Source: an uncultured Verrucomicrobiaceae bacterium
GTDB taxonomy: Bacteria > Pseudomonadota > Gammaproteobacteria > Pseudomonadales > CAMLJR01
Length of the DNA stretch: 64,000 bases
Reading direction: 5' to 3'
NCBI GenBank assembly: GCA_964386045.1
Contig: CAYLRA010000011.1
Coordinates: forward strand, 7,311 to 71,310
Shown: one piece after another, positions 50,417 through 61,836 of the stretch
Layout of the letters: every line of letters begins with the position of its first letter
How positions within the stretch are numbered: position 1 is the first letter of the stretch
Made by a program: the position numbers and the translations under genes
Notes under the pieces: model-generated
Database searches by the model: none
What the model saw: the letters and a program-made list of their open reading frames with translations, nothing else
Told to the model about the DNA's origin: nothing

Positions 50417-50698
50417 TTAGAAACGCTTGTTGAAACCAATTCCGGCGCCGACGACGCCCCACACCAGCGAGCGCCCTTCAGTCCGGTTGCCGCTGTCGCC
50501 GAAACTGGCGGTCGGCGTGTCGCCGCGTTGCTCGCCAAAGCTGCGCTGCGCAACCTGCAGTGGTTCGCGGGTGCGGTTTGGCAGAATGACGATCGATTGC
50601 AGCGAAATGATGTTGCGTTCGCGGGGGCGCTCGGGTTCGCCGAGGCAGAAGTCGCTGCCGGTCAGCAGCACAGTGGCGATCAGCATCTGTTTCAGCAT
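50417..50698 (-). CDS. hypothetical small exported protein (93 aa)
   Basis: Hydrophobic N-terminus MLKQMLIATVLLTGSDFC, C-terminal ...GAGIGFNKRF, its own terminator. No family recognised. Confidence 0.45.
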   Translation of the reverse strand: MLKQMLIATVLLTGSDFCLGEPERPRERNIISLQSIVILPNRTREPLQVAQRSFGEQRGDTPTASFGDSGNRTEGRSLVWGVVGAGIGFNKRF

Positions 50699-51076
50699 CG
50701 CGGAGCCCCCCCGTGCCGACTGGCGGCGACAACTTCGGTTGAAAAACTTGTCTGGTTGAAAAAACCTGGTTGACTCGACTATAGCAACGCCCTGTGCCAG
50801 CGCCGTGACAGTTGCTCAGGTTGTGATTGTCCCCACAGCCGGCGCGGACCTGCCCCGTTTGGCGAGTGTCGGGTTGTGGGTGAAAAGTCGTCAGGCTGCA
50901 TCGACTTACGGTGGGTTTTTTGCGCTCCGTCCGCTGCGCCAAGGATTCGTCGGCGGATACTTCGGGGTTCGACTGCTGCCGGTTTTGCCAGTGATGTTGG
51001 CCCGTTTCGCGCTTTGGGGGGCAGCGGCGCGGTGGATACACTCGGCCTCTCTTCCAATCAGCCAGGGTTGCTGCCG

Positions 51077-51739
51077 ATGTCTGTCGCAGATCTACTTCAA
51101 CGTCGTTATTCGGTCAGGGCCTTTCGTCCTGATCCCATCCCGGTCGAGCAACTGACGCGGCTCTTCGAGCAGGCGCAGCGCGCTCCGTCGAACTGCAATG
51201 TGCAGTCGTGGCAGGTTTTTGTCGTCTCTGGTCGAACCCGCGATCGCCTCGCCGAGCGGCTGTTGACTGACCTGCGCGCCGGCGCGCAGCCGGCACCCGA
51301 TTTCGATTGGCACATGGGTTATGCCGGCGAGTATCGAGAGCGACAGATCGGTGCGGCGATGGCGCTCTACGGCGCGCTGGGCATCGGTCGGGAGGATCGC
51401 GAGGCGCGCACCGAGGCGATGGTGCGCAACTGGGACTTCTTCGGCGCGCCGCACGCTGTATTTTTCGCCATGGACAAGACCCACACCTATCGCGGAGCCG
51501 TCGATCTCGGCATCTATGCACTGAGCCTGGCGCTGTTGCTGGAGGAGAATGGCTTCGCCTGCTGCATGCAGGGCGCGCTGAACCAGTATCCGGGGCCGGT
51601 GCGCGAACTGCTGGAGATCCCCGACCATCTCGGCATCCTGTTCGGCATGTCTTTCGGTTATGCCGATCCCGATGCGCCAGCCAACCGCACGCGCACGGTA
51701 CGGGAGCCGCTGGGCAACGCGGTGACGTTCTACGACTGA
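51077..51739 (+). CDS. nitroreductase-family NAD(P)H oxidoreductase
   Basis: LLQRRYSVRAFRPDPIP...LFEQAQRAPSNCNVQSW is the classic nitroreductase N-terminus. 220 aa. The in-frame stretch upstream of 51077 loses GC3 bias. Confidence 0.85.
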   Translation: MSVADLLQRRYSVRAFRPDPIPVEQLTRLFEQAQRAPSNCNVQSWQVFVVSGRTRDRLAERLLTDLRAGAQPAPDFDWHMGYAGEYRERQIGAAMALYGALGIGREDREARTEAMVRNWDFFGAPHAVFFAMDKTHTYRGAVDLGIYALSLALLLEENGFACCMQGALNQYPGPVRELLEIPDHLGILFGMSFGYADPDAPANRTRTVREPLGNAVTFYD

Positions 51740-51759
51740 GTGGTTGCTGGAGCGAGTGG

Positions 51760-51846
51760 TGGTGCCCGGGGTCGGACTCGAACCGACATGTTGTCACCAA
51801 CGGCGGATTTTGAATCCGCTGCGTCTACCGATTTCGCCACCCGGGC
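51760..51846 (-). tRNA. tRNA-Leu (anticodon CAA)
   Basis: Minus-strand sequence GCCCGGGTGGCGAAATCGGTAGACGCAGCGGATTCAAAATCCGCCGTTGGTGACAACATGTCGGTTCGAGTCCGACCCCGGGCACCA. It has a 7-bp acceptor stem, anticodon loop TTCAAAA, a long variable arm, TTCGAGTCC T-loop and encoded CCA. Confidence 0.95.
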
Positions 51847-51982
51847 GGGGGAGGGGTGCTCGAAGAGGCCGGCGATTATAGCAACCGGCCGAGAGCGGTC
51901 AACGCCGGCGGTGGAGTGGGGGGCGCTTTTTCGTTAACCTTGCGCCCCTGTTCAAGCCACCCCGCCTGCCTGCTGCCCTTTC

Positions 51983-54171
<2,189 letters not shown>

Positions 54172-54189
54172 TTCGAGGGAGGGCGCCCG

Positions 54190-54501
54190 ATGTACAAACT
54201 CTGCGTCTACGTGCCGGAAAGCCATCTCGATGTGGTCAAGCAGGCACTGTTCGAGGCGGGTGCCGGTCGTATCGGCGACTACGACAGCTGCTGCTGGCAG
54301 GTGGCGGGGCAGGGGCAGTTCCGGCCGCTGGCCGGGGCCGATCCGTTCGTCGGCACGGTTGGCGCCGTGGAGACGGTGGTCGAGTACAAGGTCGAGCTGG
54401 TCTGTGACGATGCGCTGATCGGCGCTGCGGTGGCGGCACTGAAGGCGGCGCATCCCTATGAGGAGCCGGCCTGGCAGGTGTGGCGGCTGGAACCATTCTG
54501 A
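54190..54501 (+). CDS. small Nif3/YqfO C-terminal-domain-like protein
   Basis: MYKLCVYVPESHLDVVKQALFEAGAGRIGDYDSCCW...HPYEEPA. 103 aa. Family assignment is from memory. Confidence 0.6.
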   Translation: MYKLCVYVPESHLDVVKQALFEAGAGRIGDYDSCCWQVAGQGQFRPLAGADPFVGTVGAVETVVEYKVELVCDDALIGAAVAALKAAHPYEEPAWQVWRLEPF

Positions 54502-54508
54502 GCCGCGT

Positions 54509-54868
54509 TCAGCCGTCGAGCTCTCTGGAATCTCGGCGATGCCCGGCGGAAAAGGTCAGCACTTTCGCCGCGCGCGGTGGTGGCTGCGGGCGTGGCCAGT
54601 CGGTCAGCGCGTGGTGCAGATGCTCCAGCGTTTCGTGCATCATGCCGGAGACGGCGATGCAGGCGGCGACCGGGTTGGGTGCCAGTCGCAGGCGCGCCTC
54701 GATCTGGAACTGCAGCCCGCGCAGCCGGCGCTGCGAGCGCTCCGGCGCATTGGCGATCAGCCGTTCGGTGAGTCGGTGCCGCAGCTGCTCCAGCCGTTCC
54801 GGATCGGTTTCGGCCAGTTGCCGCAGCGTTTCGAATCCCGGCAACTCTTCTCGGATCATGGTTATCAC
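54509..54868 (-). CDS. DUF3135-like protein
   Basis: LPGFETLRQLAETDPERLEQLRHRLTERLI...RLRGLQFQI pattern. 119 aa. Confidence 0.55.
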   Translation of the reverse strand: MITMIREELPGFETLRQLAETDPERLEQLRHRLTERLIANAPERSQRRLRGLQFQIEARLRLAPNPVAACIAVSGMMHETLEHLHHALTDWPRPQPPPRAAKVLTFSAGHRRDSRELDG

Positions 54869-55001
54869 TCCTGTGCCCCTGCCGCGCGTGCTGGGAAGCC
54901 TTCCTGGCGGCTGGTCACGGTTTGACCATGGTTCGATGGTAATGCAGCGTTGTCGCCCGTTGCACGGGTGAACCGACGATCGGTCAAAGGGGGCAAAAGC
55001 G

Positions 55002-55583
55002 GTGCCTGAACTGCGGACGCGGCTGCGTCGTTCACTGGCGCAGGAGCGCTATCCACTCGATGCGGGTGTTCGTGCCGCCGCCGTGGCGCTGGCGCTGACC
55101 GACGAGGCCGAACCCCGTTTGCTGCTGATTCGGCGCAGCCTGGCGCTGCTGCTGAACCCGGGTGAGCTCGCCTTTCCCGGCGGCAAGTCGGAGGCCGGCG
55201 ACCCCGATCTCTTTACCACGGCGCTGCGCGAGGCAGAGGAAGAGGTGGCGCTGCCACCCGCCTGTTTCGACTTCTGCGGCAGCCTGCCGCACCGGACCAC
55301 CCTTTCCGGCATCAGCGTGGTCGGCATGGTGGGGGTGATCCCGCCGGATCTGGCGTTGGTGCCCAATCCCGGTGAGGTGTCGGCGCTGTTGCATGTGCCG
55401 GTGGCGCGCTTCGCCGGGCGCGGCGCGCTGCAGGTCGACCGCCTCTGGTCGAAGGGGGAGTCGAGGCTGCTGGCGCGCTACGAACTCGGCGACTGCATGA
55501 TCTGGGGCATGACCGCCGGCTTGATTGTTGAGCTGGTCAATCGTCTTTATGATGCCGGCCTTCCCGAAGGCATCTATCAATAG
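55002..55583 (+). CDS. NUDIX hydrolase (CoA pyrophosphatase-like)
   Basis: Nudix box FPGGKSEAGDPDLFTTALREAEEEVAL. GTG start. Confidence 0.82.
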   Translation: MPELRTRLRRSLAQERYPLDAGVRAAAVALALTDEAEPRLLLIRRSLALLLNPGELAFPGGKSEAGDPDLFTTALREAEEEVALPPACFDFCGSLPHRTTLSGISVVGMVGVIPPDLALVPNPGEVSALLHVPVARFAGRGALQVDRLWSKGESRLLARYELGDCMIWGMTAGLIVELVNRLYDAGLPEGIYQ

Positions 55584-55594
55584 GGCTGCAAATC

Positions 55595-56155
55595 ATGATT
55601 TTTTCGCTGGGTGATCTGCGGGTGAAGGTCACTTCGGACAACTTCTTCGTCGCGCACAACGCCACCGTGGTTGGCGATGTGGAGATCGGCGAGGGGGTCA
55701 ACATCTGGTTCAACGCCGTGGTGCGCGCCGACTGCGATCGCATCGTCATCGGCGATGAATCGAACGTGCAGGATGGCGCGATGATCCACACCGATCCGGG
55801 CTCGCCGACCATTCTCGGGCGCGGTGTCACGGTTGGGCATCACGCCGTTGTCCACGGTTGCACCGTCGGCGACTACAGCCTGATCGGCATCAACGCGGTG
55901 GTGTTGACTGGCGCGAAGATCGGCAAACGCTGCCTGATCGGTGCCAACGCGCTGGTGCCCGAGGGGATGGTGATTCCCGACGGCTCGCTGGTGGTCGGTT
56001 CGCCGGCGGTGATCAAGCGTCAGCTCGACGAGAAGTACCAGAAAGGGCTGGAGCTGAGTGCCAGCCACTATGTCCAGAACGGCATCCGGTTTCGCGACAC
56101 GATGGAGGTCGATGAACGATTCGATGCGTGTGACGACGATTGCTGCGGGGAGTGA
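55595..56155 (+). CDS. gamma-carbonic-anhydrase-family (left-handed beta-helix, YrdA/PaaY-like) protein
   Basis: Hexapeptide repeats, NIWFNAVVRAD...IGDESNVQDGAMIHTD. Unusual acidic, Cys-rich tail ...DACDDDCCGE. Confidence 0.85.
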   Translation: MIFSLGDLRVKVTSDNFFVAHNATVVGDVEIGEGVNIWFNAVVRADCDRIVIGDESNVQDGAMIHTDPGSPTILGRGVTVGHHAVVHGCTVGDYSLIGINAVVLTGAKIGKRCLIGANALVPEGMVIPDGSLVVGSPAVIKRQLDEKYQKGLELSASHYVQNGIRFRDTMEVDERFDACDDDCCGE

Positions 56156-56158
56156 GTC

Positions 56159-56344
56159 GTGACGGAGGTGGCTTCACCCTGCATTTCGGTGTGCGCGTTG
56201 GATGACGAGGGTGTCTGCACCGGTTGCTGGCGTCACGTCGACGAGATCGCCGCGTGGCGTCAACTCGACAATGAGCAGCGTCGCGAGGTGTTGCGGCGTT
56301 CGGCGCAGCGTTGCCGCGATGCCAGTCCCTGGCAGCTGAGCTGA
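56159..56344 (+). CDS. DUF1289 (YdhL-like) Cys-rich small protein
   Basis: SPCISVCALDDEGVCTGCWRHVDEIAAW is the DUF1289 signature. 61 aa. GTG start 4 nt after the preceding stop. Confidence 0.75.
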   Translation: MTEVASPCISVCALDDEGVCTGCWRHVDEIAAWRQLDNEQRREVLRRSAQRCRDASPWQLS

Positions 56345-56353
56345 CGCGGTGGC

Positions 56354-57610
56354 CTAGCCGACGCGGCGCGACGCGCGCGCGCTGCGGATCACCCGGCCAT
56401 CCAGTTCAAGGCGGTCGAAGCGGTAATTGCCGAACTGCACGCCGACCGCACCCTCCGGAAAGTGCTCCAGCCACTCCAGCAGCAGGCCGCTCAATGTCTT
56501 CGGCCCCTCGGTCGGCAGTTCCCAGCGCAGGCGGCGATTGATCTCGCGCACGTTGGTGGTGCCGTCGATCAGGTAGGCGCCATCGCCGGTCGGCGCGATG
56601 TCCTTCGGGTCGGGCGCGCTGCCTGCCCCCAGCTCCCCGGCCACCCGCTCGAAAATGTCTTCGCGTGTCACCAGGCCGCGCACGCCGCCGTATTCATCGA
56701 CAACGATGCCAAGGCGGCGCCGCTCACGCTGGAAGTTCGCCAGTTGCGTGTGCAGTGGCGTCGATTCCGGCACGTAGTAGGGTTCGTAGATATCCGCCGC
56801 CAGCACGCCGCGATCGAGCGCGGCCGGTCCGATCAGGCAGCGGGCGATGGCGCGCACGTGCAGGATGCCGACGCTGTTGTCAGCGCTGCCCTGCCAGACG
56901 GGTACGCGCGAATAGGTGCATTCGCGCAAGCGTGCGATCAACACTTCATCGTCGTCGGCCAGGTCGATGCCGAACATCTCGGCGCGCGGCACCATGACGT
57001 CGGTCACCGTCAATTGCTCCAGCTCCAGCAGCTTGGTGACAAGCCCGAGGTGCTGGTGCGGAATCGGCTGGCCGGTGTCGGCGATGATGTTGCGCAGCTC
57101 GTCGCCCTGGGGGTGTGGCGTGCCTGGCGCGCGCGCGCCGCAGCGCTCCAGCAGCCACGAGGTGAGGGTGTCGACCAGCTTGATCAGCGGTGTCAGCAGG
57201 CGTGTCAGTGGCATCAGCACGGCGCTGGCCGGCAAAGCGATGCGCTCGGGATAGTGGGCGCCGATATTGCGCGGCACGATCGCAGCCAGCACCAGCAGCA
57301 GCGGCGTCAGCAACAGCAGCGCGATAACCGCGCCGGTGGCGCCGCCGAGTTGCTGCCCCATCAGCGCGGCGATGGCGGCGGCGGCGATGATCGCGGCGCT
57401 GTGACAGAAGAAGAGCGCGCTGCGCAGACGTGCCGGGTGTTTCAGCAGTCGCTTGACGCGGCGGGCGTTGCGGCTGCCGGTGGTCTGCAGCTCCCGCAGA
57501 CGCTGCAGGCTCAGCGAGGCAATGGCGGCTTCCGCGGCCGAGAAGAAGGCGCAGACGATGATCGATAGCGGTAACAGGATCGACAGCAGGTCTAGCGGGG
57601 AGTGGTTCAA
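56354..57610 (-). CDS. HlyC/CorC-family (CNNM/DUF21-CBS-CorC) transporter
   Basis: N-terminal DUF21 TM region with FFSAAEAAIASLS, CBS pair, C-terminal CorC_HlyC domain. yfjD-ypjD-ffh synteny. Confidence 0.85.
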   Translation of the reverse strand: MNHSPLDLLSILLPLSIIVCAFFSAAEAAIASLSLQRLRELQTTGSRNARRVKRLLKHPARLRSALFFCHSAAIIAAAAIAALMGQQLGGATGAVIALLLLTPLLLVLAAIVPRNIGAHYPERIALPASAVLMPLTRLLTPLIKLVDTLTSWLLERCGARAPGTPHPQGDELRNIIADTGQPIPHQHLGLVTKLLELEQLTVTDVMVPRAEMFGIDLADDDEVLIARLRECTYSRVPVWQGSADNSVGILHVRAIARCLIGPAALDRGVLAADIYEPYYVPESTPLHTQLANFQRERRRLGIVVDEYGGVRGLVTREDIFERVAGELGAGSAPDPKDIAPTGDGAYLIDGTTNVREINRRLRWELPTEGPKTLSGLLLEWLEHFPEGAVGVQFGNYRFDRLELDGRVIRSARASRRVG

Positions 57611-57640
57611 CGCGGTCGTTTCTCCACGAGGCGGGTGGCA

Positions 57641-58453
57641 TCAGCCGCCGCGATGCAGGATCAGTTCCAACACCAGCTTGGTGCCAAAGTAGGCCAGCAT
57701 CAGGGCGAAGAAGCCGCCGAGGGTCCAGCGCACGGCGGTCTGGCCGCGCCAGCCGAAACGGTGATGGCCGAGCAGCAGGCCGGCGAAGATCAGCCAGGCC
57801 AGCAGCGAGAAGACGGTCTTGTGAACCAGGTGCTGGGCGAGCAGGTCGTCGATATAGAAGGCGCCGGTGGCGATCGCCAGCGTCAGCAGCACGACACCGA
57901 CCCACAACATCTCGAACAGCAGCTCCTCCATCGTCTGCAGCGGTGGCAGTACGTGCAGGATGCCGCGCAGGTGGCGCTGCCGCAGCTCATGCTCCTGCAG
58001 CGCGAGTATCACCGCCTGCAGGGCGCACAGCGTGAACACGCTGTAGGCGAGGATGGAGAGCAGGATGTGGGCCAGCACGCCGCCGCTGATGCTCTGCAGG
58101 TAAGTGTCGGGGCCGGGCGTCGCGCTGGCGGTGACGATGGAAATGGCAGCCAGCGGAAAGAGCAGGGCCAGTGAGCTTTCGAGCGGTCGTTTCAGGTTGC
58201 TGAGCAGGCCGATCAGGCAGATGAACCAGAAGATCAGCGATGACACGCGGAAGAAACCGAGGTCGATCCCCTGCTGGGTCGAGATGGCCCCCCAGACGCT
58301 GAAGGCGTGCGCGATCACCGCCAGCCCGCCAAGCAGCATGAAACGCCCGCGCCGCGGTGCCTGTCGACTGCGGCCGATCAGGTAGAGCCCCTGGTAGATC
58401 GCGGCGGCGAGATAGAGCGCAACCGCTGCGAGGCTGGCGAGGGTGTGCGTCAT
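57641..58453 (-). CDS. YpjD/CcsA-like cytochrome c assembly family inner-membrane protein
   Basis: Eight hydrophobic segments. Divergent from ffh as E. coli ypjD is. Confidence 0.75.
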   Translation of the reverse strand: MTHTLASLAAVALYLAAAIYQGLYLIGRSRQAPRRGRFMLLGGLAVIAHAFSVWGAISTQQGIDLGFFRVSSLIFWFICLIGLLSNLKRPLESSLALLFPLAAISIVTASATPGPDTYLQSISGGVLAHILLSILAYSVFTLCALQAVILALQEHELRQRHLRGILHVLPPLQTMEELLFEMLWVGVVLLTLAIATGAFYIDDLLAQHLVHKTVFSLLAWLIFAGLLLGHHRFGWRGQTAVRWTLGGFFALMLAYFGTKLVLELILHRGG

Positions 58454-58571
58454 CGGGTCTCTTTAATGGATGTGGCGAGTTGGGGGTGGGCGTGAGGGCG
58501 GGTATACTTCACCAGCTTGCGCCGGCCTTTGCAAGGCTGCCTTCCCCGCCAAAAATCCGAGTCGAATCACG

Positions 58572-59945
58572 ATGTTTGAGAATCTCACCGAACGTTTGTC
58601 GAAAACGCTGCGCCACATTACCGGTCAGGCGCGGCTGACCGAGGAGAACATCGGCGAGGCGATGCGCGAGGTGCGCATGGCGCTGCTGGAGGCCGATGTC
58701 GCGCTGCCGGTGGTCAAGTCTTTCGTCGATGCGGTGAAACTGCGCGCGGTCGGCCAGGAGGTTGGCAAGAGCCTCAGCCCGGGCCAGATGTTCGTCAAGA
58801 TCGTTCGCGACGAACTTGAGCAACTGATGGGTGGCGTCAACGAGCAGCTCGATCTGAGCGTGCAGCCCCCAGCCGTGGTACTGATGGCTGGCCTTCAGGG
58901 TGCCGGCAAGACCACCTCGGCAGCCAAGTTGGCGCGCTACCTGAAAGAGCGCGAGAAGAAGTCGGTGCTGCTGGTCTCCACCGACATCTACCGCCCGGCG
59001 GCGATCAAACAGCTGGAGACACTGGCCGCTGAAGTGGGTGTCGGCTTCTTCCCCAGCACCACTGAGCAGAACCCGGTCGACATCGCTCGCGCCGCCATTG
59101 CACATGCGCGCATCAAATTTGCTGACGTCGTTATTGTCGACACCGCCGGCCGTCTGCATGTCGACACCGGCATGATGGATGAGATCAAGGCGCTGCACGC
59201 CGCTGTCAGCCCGGTCGAGACGCTGTTCGTGGTCGATGCCATGACCGGCCAGGATGCTGCCAACACCGCCAAAGCGTTCAGCGAAGCACTGCCGCTGACC
59301 GGTGTGGTGCTGACCAAGGTCGATGCCGATACCCGCGGCGGTGCTGCGCTGTCGGTGCGCCAGATCACCGGCAAGCCGATCAAGTTCCTCGGCGTTGGCG
59401 AGAAGACGACCGCACTCGACCCGTTCCACCCGGACCGGATCGCCTCACGCATCCTCGGCATGGGCGACATCCTGTCGCTGATCGAGGAGGCCGAGCAGAA
59501 GATCGACAAGGCCAAGGCCGAGAAGCTGGCCAAGAAGATCAAGAAGGGCAAGGGGTTTGATCTCGAAGACCTGCGTGACCAGCTGCAGCAGATGAAGAAC
59601 ATGGGTGGCATCACCTCGATGCTCGACAAGCTGCCCGGCATGGCCGGCATGAGCCAGCAGATCGCCCAGGCGCAGGTCGACACCAGGCAGTTCACCCGGA
59701 TGGAGGCGATCATCAGCTCGATGACGCCGGCCGAGCGCGCCGATCCCGAGATCCTCAACGGCTCGCGCAAGCGCCGTATCTGCCAGGGCTCCGGCACCGA
59801 TATCCAGGATCTGGCCCGCCTGCTGAAGCAGCACAAGCAGATGCAGAAGATGATGAAGAAGATGACCTCGAAGGGCGGCATGACCAACATGATGCGAGGC
59901 ATGGGCGGCATGATGGGACGTGGCGGAATGCCGCCGTTTCGCTGA
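58572..59945 (+). CDS. ffh: signal recognition particle protein Ffh
   Basis: MFENLTERLSKTLRHITGQARLTE..., GLQGAGKTT, DTAGR, TKVD motifs, Met-rich C-terminal M domain. 457 aa. Confidence 0.96.
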   Translation: MFENLTERLSKTLRHITGQARLTEENIGEAMREVRMALLEADVALPVVKSFVDAVKLRAVGQEVGKSLSPGQMFVKIVRDELEQLMGGVNEQLDLSVQPPAVVLMAGLQGAGKTTSAAKLARYLKEREKKSVLLVSTDIYRPAAIKQLETLAAEVGVGFFPSTTEQNPVDIARAAIAHARIKFADVVIVDTAGRLHVDTGMMDEIKALHAAVSPVETLFVVDAMTGQDAANTAKAFSEALPLTGVVLTKVDADTRGGAALSVRQITGKPIKFLGVGEKTTALDPFHPDRIASRILGMGDILSLIEEAEQKIDKAKAEKLAKKIKKGKGFDLEDLRDQLQQMKNMGGITSMLDKLPGMAGMSQQIAQAQVDTRQFTRMEAIISSMTPAERADPEILNGSRKRRICQGSGTDIQDLARLLKQHKQMQKMMKKMTSKGGMTNMMRGMGGMMGRGGMPPFR

Positions 59946-59969
59946 TTGACTGCAGCCTTCAGCATCGAC

Positions 59970-60000
59970 GCCGATGGAGGTTCCATCGGCTCTTCTTTTC
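59970..60000 (+). terminator. rho-independent terminator of ffh
   Basis: GCCGATGGA-ggt-TCCATCGGC followed by tcttcttttc. Confidence 0.7.
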
Positions 60001-60125
60001 CCGTACAATTCGCCGCCTTTCAGCCCGACCCCCCGGCATTTGGCCGGTTCCGGGGTCGAATCAGATTGCTAACGTGATCGGTGCCGGGCCATCCCGGCGC
60101 CGTTCGTAATTGGAAGAAGAGAGTA

Positions 60126-60374
60126 ATGGTAACGATTCGTCTGGCTCGCGGTGGCTCCAAGAAGCGTCCGTTCTATCACCTGGTCGTGACCAACAGCCGC
60201 AGCGCCCGCGACGGCCGTTTCATCGAGCGCGTCGGCTTTTTCAACCCGGTTGCCAATGCCAGGGAAGAGCGCCTGCGTATCGACAGCGAGCGCCTGAACT
60301 ACTGGATCGGCACTGGCGCCCAGGTGTCCGAGCGCGTTGCTTCGCTGGTCAAAGAGAGCCAGAAGGCCGCCTGA
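60126..60374 (+). CDS. rpsP: 30S ribosomal protein S16
   Basis: [21 protein letters not shown]... 82 aa. Confidence 0.97.
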   Translation: MVTIRLARGGSKKRPFYHLVVTNSRSARDGRFIERVGFFNPVANAREERLRIDSERLNYWIGTGAQVSERVASLVKESQKAA

Positions 60375-60404
60375 GCCCCGGTTGTCTGATTCGAGAGCGC
60401 GTTG

Positions 60405-60941
60405 ATGGGTGTCAGTGAAGAGCTGGTGGTGGTTGGCCGGCTGCTGGCGCCGTACGGATTGCAGGGCTGGTTGAAGGTCTACTCCTTCACCGATCCGATG
60501 GAGAATCTGTTCGAGTACGACCATTGTCGCGTGCAGCGCAACGGCGTCTGGAGCGAGATCGAAGTCGAGGCGGCTCGCCCGCACGGCAAGGGGCTGGTGG
60601 TCAAGCTGCGCGGTGTCGAGACGCCGGAAGAGGCGCGCCTGTACACCAACTGCGAACTGGCCGTTCCGCTGTCGCAGATGCCCGCGCTCGAAGAGGGCGA
60701 GTTCTACTGGCGCCAGCTCGAAGGGCTGAAGGTGGTGGTGCGGGGCGAAAGCGGTGAACGACTGCTGGGCCGCGTCGATCACCTGCTGGAAACCGGCGCC
60801 AACGACGTGCTGGTGGTGGTGCCCTGCGAGGGCAGCATCGACCAGCGCGAGCGGTTGATCCCCTGGCTGCTGGAGCGGGTGGTCATGCATGTGGATCTCG
60901 ACGCGGGCGTCATCGCCGTCGACTGGGATCCGGAGTTTTGA
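60405..60941 (+). CDS. rimM: 16S rRNA processing protein RimM
   Basis: [18 protein letters not shown]..., PRC barrel C-terminus. Position after rpsP. Confidence 0.93.
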   Translation: MGVSEELVVVGRLLAPYGLQGWLKVYSFTDPMENLFEYDHCRVQRNGVWSEIEVEAARPHGKGLVVKLRGVETPEEARLYTNCELAVPLSQMPALEEGEFYWRQLEGLKVVVRGESGERLLGRVDHLLETGANDVLVVVPCEGSIDQRERLIPWLLERVVMHVDLDAGVIAVDWDPEF

Positions 60942-60987
60942 AGACGGAAGCAGCGCGCAGCTGATAGCGGACAAAAGGTCGCTCACG

Positions 60988-61767
60988 ATGAAGTTCGGTG
61001 TGGTGACGCTGTTTCCGGAGATGTTCGAGGCGGTGAGCCGATTCGGCGTCACCAGTCGCGCGGTGGAGCAGGAGCTGATCGGCCTGCAGTGCTGGAACCC
61101 GCGCGACCATGCCGTTGATCGCCATCGCACGGTGGACGACCGACCCTACGGCGGCGGTCCGGGCATGGTGATGAAGATCGAGCCGTTGCGCGATGCGATC
61201 CGCGATGCGCGAGCGGCACTGCCGGTTGCCAGGGTCATCTACCTGTCGCCGCAAGGGCGCAGGCTGGATCAGGCTGGTGTCGTCGAGCTGGCGCAGCGCG
61301 AGCAGGTGATCCTGGTCGCCGGGCGTTACGAAGGTGTCGACGAGCGGCTGATCGAGACCGAAGTCGATGAGGAGTGGTCGATCGGCGACTTCGTTCTCAG
61401 CGGCGGTGAGCTGGCGGCGATGGTGCTGATCGACGCGGTGGCGCGACTGGTACCCGGGGTGCTTGGGCACGAGGGTTCGGCGGAGCAGGACTCTTTCGCT
61501 GCCGGTCTGCTGGACTGCCCGCACTACACGCGGCCCGAGGAGTACGCCGGGCGGCGAGTGCCGGAGGTGCTGCGCAGCGGTGACCACGAACGAATACGGC
61601 GCTGGCGTTTGAAGCAGGCGCTGGGACGTACTCAGCAGCGCCGGCCCGATCTGCTCGCGGGTCGCGAGCTGAACAGGGAACAAAGCAAACTGCTGGCCGA
61701 ATATCTCCAGGAACAGGAGATGCCTGGCGAGCAGGGCGAGACGGAAACGGGTTCGCAGCCGCAGTGA
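60988..61767 (+). CDS. trmD: tRNA (guanine37-N1)-methyltransferase
   Basis: [13 protein letters not shown]..., [24 protein letters not shown] motifs. Confidence 0.96.
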   Translation: MKFGVVTLFPEMFEAVSRFGVTSRAVEQELIGLQCWNPRDHAVDRHRTVDDRPYGGGPGMVMKIEPLRDAIRDARAALPVARVIYLSPQGRRLDQAGVVELAQREQVILVAGRYEGVDERLIETEVDEEWSIGDFVLSGGELAAMVLIDAVARLVPGVLGHEGSAEQDSFAAGLLDCPHYTRPEEYAGRRVPEVLRSGDHERIRRWRLKQALGRTQQRRPDLLAGRELNREQSKLLAEYLQEQEMPGEQGETETGSQPQ

Positions 61768-61836
61768 CTGCGAAAGATTTTGACTGATTGATCCTTTAGC
61801 CGTGAGGCTAGGTTTGACTGAGACTAGGAGCTGGCC

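Noticed and set aside
50784-50799. Sigma-54-like -24/-12 element on the minus strand (CTGGCACagggcgTTGCT) upstream of the 50417-50698 gene.
   Set aside because: The GG-to-GC spacing is 11 nt instead of the strictly conserved 10. No enhancer-binding protein gene is nearby.
50805-51155. 116-aa ORF, and the 50876 in-frame extension of the nitroreductase gene.
   Set aside because: Third-codon positions there are rich in A and T, unlike genuine genes in this window. The nitroreductase family N-terminus begins at 51077.
54172-54501. Absence of yajC-secD-secF after tgt as a sign of rearrangement or a novel insertion.
   Set aside because: The queA-tgt-yajC-secDF linkage is common but not universal. 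The replacing gene is a small conserved Nif3/YqfO-like protein, and there are no repeats or mobility signatures at the junction.
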